This document shows positions 53,519 to 64,000 of a stretch of 64,000 nt of DNA, piece by piece. Location: positions 5,766,001 through 5,830,000 of the forward strand of contig OX597814.1 of the NCBI GenBank assembly GCA_951406725.2, in the 5' to 3' direction. The notes below the pieces were generated by a model. It was not told the DNA's origin. It saw only the letters and a list, made by a program, of their open reading frames with translations, and ran no database searches. The position numbers were made by a program, and so were the translations under genes. How positions within the stretch are numbered: position 1 is the stretch's first letter; every line of letters begins with the position of its first letter. Source of the stretch: Octopus vulgaris. Its lineage: Eukaryota.

Positions 53519-53547
53519 ATTAAAGTGATGAGATATAAAAAAAAAAA
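53519..53547 (+). terminator. Possible polyadenylation signal (ATTAAA) followed by a genomic A11 tract
   Basis: ATTAAA at 53519-53524 and an A-run at 53537-53547, about 300 nt after the ABCE1 stop. Confidence 0.4.
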
Positions 53548-54708
53548 GGAAGAAGATCAAATATTTTGAATATTCTGTTTATTTTCTTTCAGTTTTCACC
53601 TTCTCCCTCAACAATCTGCCCTGCTGCACTAATTGTCTTTGTTATATTAGCTCGAGTAATTCCATAGTCTAATTGTTTGTTTGAATCAACAGTTTTATAT
53701 TTCACTAGCTGTACCCACGCAACACTTGTGTGCGAGAGCTTTCACTGGTGTCTGGCATGTGAATCTCCTATCAAAACTTACTGCCTATGGGCCCCACCCA
53801 TTTCTCTTGGATCCACATTCAGAAAAAAAGGTCATCTGACCGACAGACACACTCAAGTCTCTGGCCCACAAGCATACTGTGTCCCCTCTCTCTGTTTCTT
53901 CTATAAGGGTCTCTGCTTATTAGGGCAAGGCTCAGCTCAGGTGTCACTCACAATCGTTACAGTAACATATATGTATGTATATATGCACGTACAGACTTCT
54001 GCATGTGCAATTTGTGTGTATATATACATACATCTATGTATATGTATATAAAGAAAAATGTATTTATGTATCCATATACATTTATATTTGCATATATTTA
54101 TATACCCTTGTGTGTGTGTGTGTGTTTATATATATCCAACTCATATCAGCGTGGAAGAAGACTTAAATACTTATGGCATTTGTGCATGCAGATTCTCTCT
54201 CTATCTCTGTGTATGTATATCTATCTATCTATCTATCTATCTATATATCTATCTATCTATCTGTGTATCTATATATATGAAAAAGAAAAGGAAGAATATG
54301 AAGAAACTGACATACAGATACTAGTTTATTCAAAGGTATTCAAATCCATATAATGAAATTCCAGTCCTGCAGCTGCTTCCATACCCAATTAGTTCAATTA
54401 TAGAAATTAGATTAATTTGATTCAAGTTTTCATATTGAAACTGGTCCATTTGGTATTTTAGCATATTGGTTAACCTGTGACAGACACACCTGGGTCTGTT
54501 GTAGGACTGGAATTTCGTTAATTAAATTTGATCTCGTTGAATAAACCGAGACCTGCATGCCAGTTTCTCTGGTTTCTTCCTTTTCTCATTTGTAAATAAT
54601 TTAAATATCTTTATAGATCAGTGTAAAACTATATTTGGTTCTCACTGAACACTGGTCTTAACCGGAGAATTAGAATGCTAGTATCCCTCAAAGGATTATA
54701 GGTCCTTG

Positions 54709-54745
<37 letters not shown>

Positions 54746-54923
54746 ATAATAATAAATATTAGGGAATGAATCCAAAATTACAGGGAAAAATCAGATTTAG
54801 GGTTAAATCCAATTTTATAGTAAAATATTATATAATATAATTCGAGACAAAACCACTATTTTAAAATCAAACAAGGAAAGACTTAATCAATACATAAAAT
54901 TTTAATATAAATTAAATAAACCG

Positions 54924-54967
54924 CCACTACAATTGTTTCCTGTCTTCTACTGACATTCTTCAGGTGG
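54924..54967 (-). ncRNA. Minimal type I hammerhead ribozyme motif (inverted partner of 55036-55079)
   Basis: Exact reverse complement of the plus-strand motif. Confidence 0.6.
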
Positions 54968-55035
54968 ATTTTCGATCTTCTAATCAGTATCAAATTATGA
55001 TTAATTAATTTGATACTGATTAGAAGATCAAAAAT

Positions 55036-55079
55036 CCACCTGAAGAATGTCAGTAGAAGACAGGAAACAATTGTAGTGG
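55036..55079 (+). ncRNA. Minimal type I hammerhead ribozyme motif
   Basis: CCAC-CTGAAGA-A-TGTC-AGTAGAA-GACA-G-GAAA-CAATTG-TA-GTGG: stem I CCAC/GTGG, core CUGANGA, stem II, GAAA, palindromic short stem III, GUA cleavage triplet. Confidence 0.6.
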
Positions 55080-55163
55080 CCGTTTATTTAATTTATATTA
55101 AAATTTTATGTATTGATTAAGTCTTTCCTTGTTTGATTTTAAAATAGTGGTTTTGTCTTGAAT

Positions 55164-55208
<45 letters not shown>

Positions 55209-56560
55209 AATTGAGATAGGGGTTGTAAATGCAACCCTCCATGGGATAACATATATCCAATATACTGCTAGTGAAGTACCCAACAAAGTTAATACATAAA
55301 TGTTAAGGATTGCGATGCAATCAATTCATTTACTGTATTATATGGGCAAAGGTAAAATGATTTACCACAAATTACTAATACAAGATAAGAAAATGGAGAA
55401 ATACATTTAAATCAAATATCAGTTACCAGATAATACTTAATCACATATATATTCTACATATTATACAACATTACTCTTTTATGTACATTCCTTTATGTAC
55501 ACTGATTTGTTCTGCTTTTTTATGTTTAACCCTACAGTCTCTTATGTGGTGGTTTAATAAAGTATGTGATTGAGTATTATCTGGTAATTGATATTTGATT
55601 TAGATGTATTTCTCCATTTTCTTATCTTGTATATATATATATATATATATATATTGTACTGTTCTGTGGTGGTAAGATCAAAAAAGGACCCCATCTGGTG
55701 AAAGATGAATATTATTTAATAAACATAGTATATATTTTTATATACCACTATTAGTTTCATGTGATGAAATCATGCCAAACTGTTTTTAACACATCTGATG
55801 TCCTAGCACAATCATCAGACACGGTGATTGTGCTTGGACACCAGACATTAAAACATACTGTTTGGCATGCTTTCAGCACTTGAAGCTAATAGTAGCACAT
55901 TAATATAGAATATGAAAGGGTAAAGACTCCCCTTTGGTCATGAATGACCATGGGATTGCATGTAGAAAGTTTCCATTTGAGGTACAAGTTTGGGTAAGGC
56001 TGTTTATGGAAGACCACCAGTTGCTCATGCATACCATCCTCTCCTCTCCATGCCACCAATGTTATCCAAGGGAAAAGAAAATGGGGCCGATACAGCTTGG
56101 CACCAGTGATGTTGCAACTCATTTCTACAGCTGAGTGAAATGGAGCAACAGGAAATCAAGTGTCTTGCTCAAGATCACAACACACAGCCTGATCTGGGAA
56201 TTGAACTCACATCATGATACACACACACACATATATATATAGTTTACTTTTCTGTTAAGGTTAGATCAACAAAAACTAACTCCATTTGGTGAGAGATAAA
56301 TATTTAATGTTTGCAGTAGCTGGCCATAATAGTTTCATGCATTAGAGGTGTTTTCTAGGCAGATCTTAATAACATACCTAGTGTCTCCAAGCAATCTTTG
56401 AGCTCGAAGCACATGGCCTATACAAGTTACAAATCTATTGTCCTGTTATGTAACTTGTATAGTCCATGTGTTTAGAAACACTAAATGTGTTATTAAAACA
56501 CCTAGAAAACATCTCCATTGTATGAAACTATTAATAACTCATGACTATTTACATTAAATA

Positions 56561-56869
56561 GGTACTACTAGCGAACAGTGGTCCCGGTGCGCGCATCCAT
56601 GCTAGCTAGTCGCAAGTAGTCGATCCTACAACGACTTTTTAACCCTAAACCTGACCCTAACCCTAACCTTAGTTTGTTTATAAAAATAATTTATTTCCTT
56701 AGTTTATAAAATTATTTACTTTGTTCGAAAAATATTATTTAATTTTCTTTGATATGGATTCAGCCTTGAAATACAAACATACGTGCAAGTCATTGTAGGA
56801 TCGACTATTTACGACTAGCTAGTGCGGATGCACAAGTGCACGCACCGCAACCACTTCGCTAGTAGTACC
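56561..56869. mobile_element. MITE of the same GGTAC family with an approximate 9-bp TSD
   Basis: cattaaata|GGTACT...AGTACC|cactaaata. Confidence 0.78.
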
Positions 56870-57067
56870 CACTAAATAGTATATGTATATAGTTACATGT
56901 ATTTATATAACGTAGAAGTGTAATTGTATATATTTATAAACATATTTATGTGTATAAATTTATATGCCTATGCGTATATACACACTCCTTGTCCAGTGTG
57001 AATTGTTGGAAATGGTTCTGTCCAGGTGGAAGTGTTTGACCCAATATTTGTTGTGGTAGGGAGAATG

Positions 57068-58470
57068 TTTACTTCCTGTTTCTGTTGTACCTGTATTTCA
57101 AAGGGCCGGCCTTGTTACTCTCTGTGTCACGGAGGAGAGAGTGTATTGTCCCACTGATGAGTAATTTCACCTCTCTGAGCATTTCTTCTTTCTTGAGCCA
57201 TGCCTGGCTCATAAGGGCCGGTTTCTTGGCGTATAGGTTCCCCACCTGGACGGGACGCCGGTCCATCGCTGGTGAGCTGCAAGATGCAGGACGAAAGAGT
57301 CAGCAGTTCACCATTACCTTCTGCCAGAGCCGCATGGAGCTTAGGTGTTTCACTCATAAACATACACATCGCTCGGTCTGAGATTCGAACCAGCGATCCC
57401 TCGACCGTGAGTCCGCTGCTCTAACCACTAGGCCATGTGCCTCCACTCTCTGAGCTTTAACTGTTAGGTGCCATTCTTTCTAAATTGTTAATGGCTGATA
57501 GGGAATCTGGAGTGTGACTTACCTGAGCACAGTCGTCAACGTGTAAACTGAGCTTGTTGGTGACCTGCTGCCTTTGGGTGCTGGACAGATTACTGCTGAG
57601 TGCAGCAGTGTTCAGCCTTATGTAACCTTATATGCTAAGGGGCTCAGATTTCCTGTATGGAGATTCACAAATGGAGCGTCATGCATTCTGGGAATGCTCT
57701 ATCAATAAATCCATGCTGTAAAATGAGAAGCTAAGAAGAATAGCAACTTTTAGGAAATAAAACTAAGACAATGCTGGAGTGAGTTGGAAAAAGAACTCCG
57801 TGTGTTTTAGAAAATTTATTGTAAAAAAGTGTCTTTCTGAATAGCCATCTTAATCTCCTTGCCAAGATTCTCATTAGCCAGTCTGTGTTTTTATTCTCCT
57901 TTACGTTAGTGAGATATAAGGAGGTGCAATGGCCCAGTGGTTAGGGCAGCAGACTCGCAGTTTCGATTCCCAGACCGGGCGTTGTGAGTGTTTATTGAGC
58001 GAAAACACCTAAAAGCTCCACGAGGCTCCGGCAGGGAATGTTGGTGATCCCTGCTGTACTCTTTCACCACAACTTTCTCTCACTCTTACTTCCTGTTTCT
58101 GTTGTACCTGTATTTCAAAGGGCCGGCCTTGTCACGCTGAATATCCCCGAGAACTACGTTAAGGTGTTTATTGAGCGAAAACACCTAAAAGCTCCACGAG
58201 GCTCCGGCAGGGGATGTTGGTGATCCCTGCTGTACTCTTTCACCACAACTTTCTCTCACTCTTACTTCCTCTTTCTGTTGTACCTGTATTTCAAAGGGCC
58301 GGCCTTGTCACTCTCTGTGTCACGCTGAATATCCCCGAGAACTACGTTAAGGATACACGTGTCTGTGGAGTGCTCAGCCACTTACACATTAATTTCATGA
58401 GCAGGCTGTTCCGTTGATTCGGATCAACCGGAACCCTCATCGTCGTAACCGATGGAGTGCTTCCATCCAG
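57068..58470. mobile_element. Third tRNA-derived SINE family, divergent pair (57068-57445 minus; 57920-58470 plus with internal duplication)
   Basis: TGGCCTAGTGGTTAGAGCAGCGGACTC...GGTTCGAATC tRNA-like head; 57990-58163 is repeated at 58164-58352. Confidence 0.7.
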
Positions 58471-58493
58471 TGAGATATAGTCACATACATATA

Positions 58494-58711
58494 AGGCGAT
58501 GAGCTGGCAGAAACGTTAACACCTCGAGCGAAAAGCTTTGCGGTATTTCGTCTGCTGCTATGTTGAGTTCAAATTCTGCCGAGGTCGACTTTGCCTTTCA
58601 TTCTTTTGGGGTCGATAAATTAAGTACCAGTTACGCACTGGGGTCGATATAATCGACTTAATCCGTTTGTCTGTGCTTGTTTAGCTCCTTGTGGGTAATA
58701 AAGAAATAGGT
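58494..58711 (+). mobile_element. Second SINE family with Nin-like central domain; other copies at about 20132-20353, 22025-22252, 26485-26675 and 48481-48700 (all -)
   Basis: GAGCTGGCAGAA...GAGTTCAAATTC.GCCGAGGTCGACTTTGCCTTTCAT...GGGGTCGATAAATTAAGTACCAG. Confidence 0.75.
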
Positions 58712-59278
58712 ATAGTCACATACATTTGATGGCCCCAGAGGCCAGCCTCTCTGTACAGATCTGGTTGCCAGATGTAATACACTGGCACATTTAGGAACCC
58801 CCCAACAGCAACACAGCATGTATTACATGTGTCTAACTTGTTTCTTACCTCTAACGACCTCTATCGTTACTGCCAGGCTGAAGAATCCAAAATGCAGATC
58901 CCAGACCAACTTCAGCCGTTTGGCATTCAGATTATTCTGTCAAATGTAAAACTTATTTATTCAGAATTTCAAAGATTAATCGGTAGGTGTGAGATGCTGG
59001 ATCCGGCTGGTTTGAACATTGATGGCAAACAGGAGATAAGAGAAGAGATGGAGGAGAAACACCTTCGGACTTTCCAGGAGAATTGAGGAAGAGGGGCATG
59101 CATGCAGATTTAATACTTCACCTCACCAACTGAATCTTTCAATGTCATGTCTGATGTGACTGATGTTACATGTCGAGTCTTGGGATGTTCTGATGCCAAG
59201 GGATTCACCAGTGGAAGAATACGGTCATCATCAGATTCAATGGACAGCTATAGCAAGCAACACACACACATGTATGTG

Positions 59279-59326
<48 letters not shown>

Positions 59327-59331
<5 letters not shown>

Positions 59332-59569
59332 TATAAATAGAAGGGGCAGGCAACAGGTTGCTTAGCCGCATACCGAAAAAATTAGAAATAGCAGTTGGAG
59401 ACTGTTTATTTCTATTTTCTACAGGTGGTACTCCACATATGACATATCCTTGTCGTATGTGGAGTCCCACCTGTAGAAAATAGAAATGAACGGTCTCCGA
59501 CTGCTATTTCTAATTTTTTCGGTATGCGGCTAAGCAACCTGTTGCCTGCCCCTTCTATTTATATACAAT
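59327..59569. mobile_element. Near-perfect about 240-bp hairpin element in TA context
   Basis: Arms of about 115 bp around a short loop at about 59445. Confidence 0.75.
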
Positions 59570-59697
59570 ATATATATACTGAACTTCACAGAAGTTCCTG
59601 CCGCTAACGGTTATATTTACATGCCGAAATCTACCAGTAAATAATTGTTAGTTTTTTGAAAAACCATCGAAGAAATTACTCTTATTATTATATTATA

Positions 59698-60214
59698 CTA
59701 GCAGTATCGCCCGGCGTTGCTCGGGTTTGTAAGGGAAATAACTATATAAGCATTTTTTGAGAGTTACTTCCTTTATAGATGCCAATTCGGGCTTTCTTAG
59801 CCATTTCTGTTTTGGTGTCTTCAAGCCATGAAGTCGTTGTTCTAAAAGAACGCTGGTCTCCTTGACAATGCATTACGACGTTGATTTCCTTAAACTCCCT
59901 TCCCCACAGCTTCACGAGGGAGGGAAGAAGGGGGAGAAGCAAACACAGGTGCAGGTGTTTGAGCGTGGACGCCAACTCCGCCGCCATCGACACACGAAAA
60001 ACTATGCATTAAAATGGAATAAAAAATGATGTTAAATTATTTTAAAAATCGTAGACTCATCGTAGACGCGCGCTAATACCCAGACGGGCTCGATATTAAT
60101 CACGACTATAAGATACCCGAATTTGGTTAAACTGCACCGCAAAATGTGGGAGGAGTTAGGAATCTAAATCGTAGGAGACAGACACTCACACAACTACAGT
60201 TTTATATATATAGA
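59698..60214 (-). mobile_element. Non-autonomous Helitron
   Basis: Same termini as 36387-36774 with additional internal sequence. Confidence 0.78.
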
Positions 60215-60372
60215 TATATATATATATTAGAAGAAATGAGCTACTCAGAAATGCGGATGGTTTTCTTTTACAGATATTTATTAGCGCTTAATATATGATG
60301 TATAAAGACATGTAACATGCTAATAAATATCTGTAAATATAAAACCATCCAGATTTCTGAGTACCTCATTTC

Positions 60373-60410
<38 letters not shown>

Positions 60411-60575
60411 ATAATAAATATTAGGGAAAAATCAGATTTAGGATTGAATCCAATTTTATAGTAAAATATAATATAATATTAATTAGAGACAAAACCACTA
60501 TTATGCAAATCAAACAAAGAAAGACTTAATCCAATACATAAAAAATTTTATATAAATTAAATATAATTAAGATAT

Positions 60576-60621
60576 CCACTACGATCGTTTCTTGTCACTT
60601 CTATGGACATTCATCAGGTGG
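60576..60621 (-). ncRNA. Minimal type I hammerhead ribozyme motif (perfect CGATCG palindromic stem III)
   Basis: Reverse strand reads CCAC-CTGATGA-ATGTCCATAGAAGTGACAA-GAAA-CGATCG-TA-GTGG. Confidence 0.62.
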
Positions 60622-60672
60622 TTTCAAGACCTTTTACTTCATAGTTTAAAAATTGCAAAGAAGGTCTTGAAA

Positions 60673-60718
60673 CCACCTGATGAATGTCCATAGAAGTGAC
60701 AAGAAACGATTGTAGTGG
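60673..60718 (+). ncRNA. Minimal type I hammerhead ribozyme motif
   Basis: CCAC-CTGATGA-A-TGTC-CATAGAAGT-GACA-A-GAAA-CGATTG-TA-GTGG. Confidence 0.6.
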
Positions 60719-61418
60719 ATATCTTAATTATATTTAATTTATATAAAATTTTTTATGTATTGGATTAAGTCTTTCTTTGTTTGATTTGCATAATAGTGGT
60801 TTTGTCTCTAATTAATATTATATATATATATATATATATTTACACACTCCTACCTCGGTACTGCAGACCTACCTTTAACGGATTTTGGAAGCAGGTGATT
60901 CAATTTAAAACTCTGATGTACTATGAGCTCATTGCTCCATGGTTTTGCCCCTTTTTATGCATTGTGTTCGAAATACCATTTTGTATTCCTCTGTCTTTCA
61001 TGATGTAATTGTTGATATTTGCTACTTCTAACATAACCTTAGTGTCGGTACCTATGGACCATCGCTTTCCTTGGACCAATGTTCTCCCTTTTTAGTCTGC
61101 ACTACTGAGCTATGAGTGTATATATATATGTATATATATGCACATTTACACACACACACGCACACATTATTTATGTGTTGAGTAAAGAGGTTTGCATAAT
61201 ATCTGAGCTAATGTCTTTTTTATCCTTTTTAGGTCAACTGGATACAAGAATATTTATTTTTATGTATGAATAAACATTAAATCAATGATGATATCCTCCT
61301 CATCATCATCTTTTAATGTCTGTTGTAAGAGCTTACCAGACCTGGTCAAATCGTCCAACCCATGCCAGCATGGACAATGGATGTGAAATGATAATAATGA
61401 ATATATATATATTTCATA

Positions 61419-61930
61419 CGAGGATGAGTCAAAAAGTAATGCCAGATATAATTACCAACACAGGAACATGTATCATACATCAAAATGAAGCTGGTCCTCT
61501 GTAGATCACATCCCTATTTCTCAACACAGTCACCATTCCTCTCAATAGCAATGTTCCACCTTTGAATGAGAGCATGGATCCCTGCCCTGTAAAATTCTGT
61601 TGACTGTTCTTTGAGCCACTTCTTCACCAGATTTAGTGCCTTCAAACTATCATCTCTTCAGTTTGAGAGGCAAACATTATTCCAGTGACGAGGAAGTGAA
61701 AACTGTAGTGAAGAAGTGGCTCACAGAACAGTCAACAGAATTTTATGGGTCAGGGATACATGCTCTCATTCAAAGGTGGAACATTGCTATTGAGGGGAAT
61801 GGTGACTATGTTGAGAAGTAGGGATGTGATCCACAGAGGACCAGCTTCATGTTGATGTATGAGACATGTTCCTGTGTTGGTAATTATACCTGTCCTAAAC
61901 AAAATGGTATTACTTTTTGACTCACCCTCG
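61419..61930. mobile_element. Mariner-derived fold-back MITE with TA target duplication
   Basis: TIR CGAGG.TGAGTCAAAAAGTAAT at both ends flanked by TA; transposase C-terminus LRGKHYSSDEEVK...RWNIAIEGNGDYVEK. Confidence 0.88.
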
Positions 61931-62388
61931 TATGTATATATATATAGTTTTAATGCTCACATTTTTTTACTTGCATGGGTCAACCATTGTGTGGTATTAA
62001 GACAAAGAGACACAAACACACCTATTTAATGGGCTTCTTTCAGTTTCCATTGACCAAATCAACTCTGGCTTTATTTTCTGTATGTATATACATACACATA
62101 CACACACACACATTTATATAATATATACTGTGTATAAACAGGTTTCCAGTCTACCCCAGGTATTGTCATTTTGTCACCATGCATTACACACTTGTATATT
62201 ATTTGTAAATCTGTTCGAAAACATAAGGACACAGATTGTGTCGTATGGCCAGCTGCTGGAGACGATGTCTCCTGGGGCTAAATTACAGCAACATTTGTCC
62301 TAAACCAAGACTGCCATGTTACGTTGGCAAATAATCTTTTACTCCCCACTTGTAATATGTTTTAGAATATTTACATAACAGTGTAAAT

Positions 62389-62785
62389 AGGCACAGGAGT
62401 GGCTGTGTGGTAAGTAGCTTGCTTACCAGCCACATGGTTCCGGGTTCAGTCCCACTGCGTGGCATCTTGGGCAAGTGTCTTCTACTATAGCCCCGGGCCG
62501 ACCAATGCCTTGTGAGTGGATTTGGTAGACGGAAACTGAAAGAAACCCGTCGTATATATGTATATATAGATGTGTTTGTGTATCTGTGTTTGTCCCTCTA
62601 GCATTGCTTGACAACCCATGCTGGTGTGTTTATGTCCCTGTTACTTAGCGGTTTGGCAAAAGAGACCGATAGAATAAGTACTGGGCTTACAAAAGAATAA
62701 GTCCCCGGGTCGAGTTGCTCGATTAAAGGCGGTGCTCCAGCATGGCCGCAGTCAGATGACTGAAACAAGTAAAAGAGTAAAGAGT
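62389..62785 (+). mobile_element. tRNA-derived SINE
   Basis: Full copy of the 35174 family. Confidence 0.85.
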
Positions 62786-64000
62786 GTTGAAGATAATATA
62801 TATCTCTCATCATAATCATCATTTAATGTCTGTGCTGCATGGTTCTACAGAATCTAGCTGGGGTCTGCTTTGGCAAGGTTTCTATGGTTGGATACCCTTT
62901 CTAATGCTGACCATTTTACAGAGTGTACTGGCTGCTGTTATTGGTGGCACCAGCAGGGTGTCGGCAAGTGACTTGCAAGATGAGACCCCTTACAGAGTGG
63001 GGTGCAGTATTGAGGAAGGTGGCATCGCTTTGGGTGCTGAGGGACAGGAATGGGTATCTTGCTGTAAAATTAGAGGGAGATGAGGTGCCAGGGCACAGCC
63101 TGAACACATAAGGGGGTGGGGTGGGGGTTCAGAGAAATGCACAATGACAGGGGTCAGGTGTATATGGTGGTGGATACACAGACAGTTTCTCTCGTTGGAC
63201 ACTGGCTATGGGTCAACATTTTTTGACCCATTGCTAAGTTATGGAAGTGCAAAAACCCTGACAGCAGTTGTGAGGTGGTGAGAGATAAACCCAAGCAATA
63301 TAGTTATTGATGTAGGTGCATGCGGGGCTGTGGGGGTAAGAAGTTTGCTTCCCAATCGCATGGTGTTGGGTTCAGTCCCACTTCATGGCATCTTGGCCAA
63401 ATGTCTTCTACTATAGTCCTGGGCTGACCAAAGCCATGTGAATGGTTTTTGTAGATGGAAACTGAAAGAAGCCCATTATACATTGTGTGGGTGTTACTTT
63501 CTCCTTGCCATAGCATGATGTGATAGTTGTGAACCAGTGTCACTGTCATACGAGCAGTGCCCTTCGTTTCCAATATATTCTGGCCGGGGTGGTGGGGGTG
63601 GCATTATAACCTTGCTTGGAAATATATGTGGGGGTTGGTGACAGGAAGGGCATCCGGCTGTAGAAAATCCGCTTCAACATATTCTGAGCCATGCAGGCAT
63701 GGAAAAGGGGACTCAAAATAATGTTGGTGAAAATACTTTAAAATTAAAAATGGGCTTCAATGCATTTTCCATTCACCAAATCTATTCACGAAGCATTGGT
63801 TGGCTTTACGGCTGTAGTAAAAATACTTGCCCAAGGTGTTGCACACTAAGATTGAACCCAGAATTATACACACACACAAACACTATTGACTACCTTCTAC
63901 CCCTAATCTATCCGTCACTCTCTTTTGCAACTTTTATCCACCCGAGTGAGGTCGTTGTCAGTACCACCTGACTGGCCCCCATGCCAGTGGCACATAAAAA

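Larger units (their letters stand above)
54742..55172. mobile_element. Fold-back Penelope-like element (about 165-bp inverted arms plus left extension) inserted in (TA)n
   Basis: Near-perfect palindrome centred at about 55000; homologous to 60405-60820; hammerhead motif in each arm. Confidence 0.7.
60405..60822. mobile_element. Fold-back Penelope-like element, same family as 54742-55172
   Basis: Same start (aataataaatattaggga...aaaatcagatttagg), inverted arms around about 60645, hammerhead motifs, (TA)n flanks. Confidence 0.7.

Noticed and set aside
57152-57190. CTGATGAG motif
   Set aside because: No stem II, GAAA or closing stems.

Overview
AT-rich, repeat-dense eukaryotic (animal) genomic DNA. 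The SINE/RTE repeat families and microsatellite load suggest an octopod cephalopod (inference only). Three host genes are supported. (1) A PARP14/macro-PARP-like gene on the minus strand: five phase-consistent coding exons from 12869 to 537 encode RRMs, KH-like repeats and the start of a macrodomain, and the gene runs off the left edge. Its putative non-coding first exon and promoter, carrying ISRE/IRF-E and GAS-like motifs, are tandemly duplicated at about 19.5-23.1 kb. (2) A conserved uncharacterised gene of the At3g12210/zgc:112496-like family on the minus strand (41115-26036); one expected internal exon cannot be found, and a mosaic, probably mis-assembled segment lies in the same gene. 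(3) An intact, intronless ABCE1 on the plus strand (51403-53229) with retrocopy-like hallmarks. The rest is tRNA-derived SINEs, LINE remnants (RTE, R4/Dong, CRE, CR1, L1/Tx1), Helitrons, mariner- and Merlin-like MITEs and satellites. The most striking non-coding signal is a set of fold-back elements inserted in (TA)n tracts that carry minimal type I hammerhead ribozyme motifs on both strands, one with a compensatory G3:C8 core swap.
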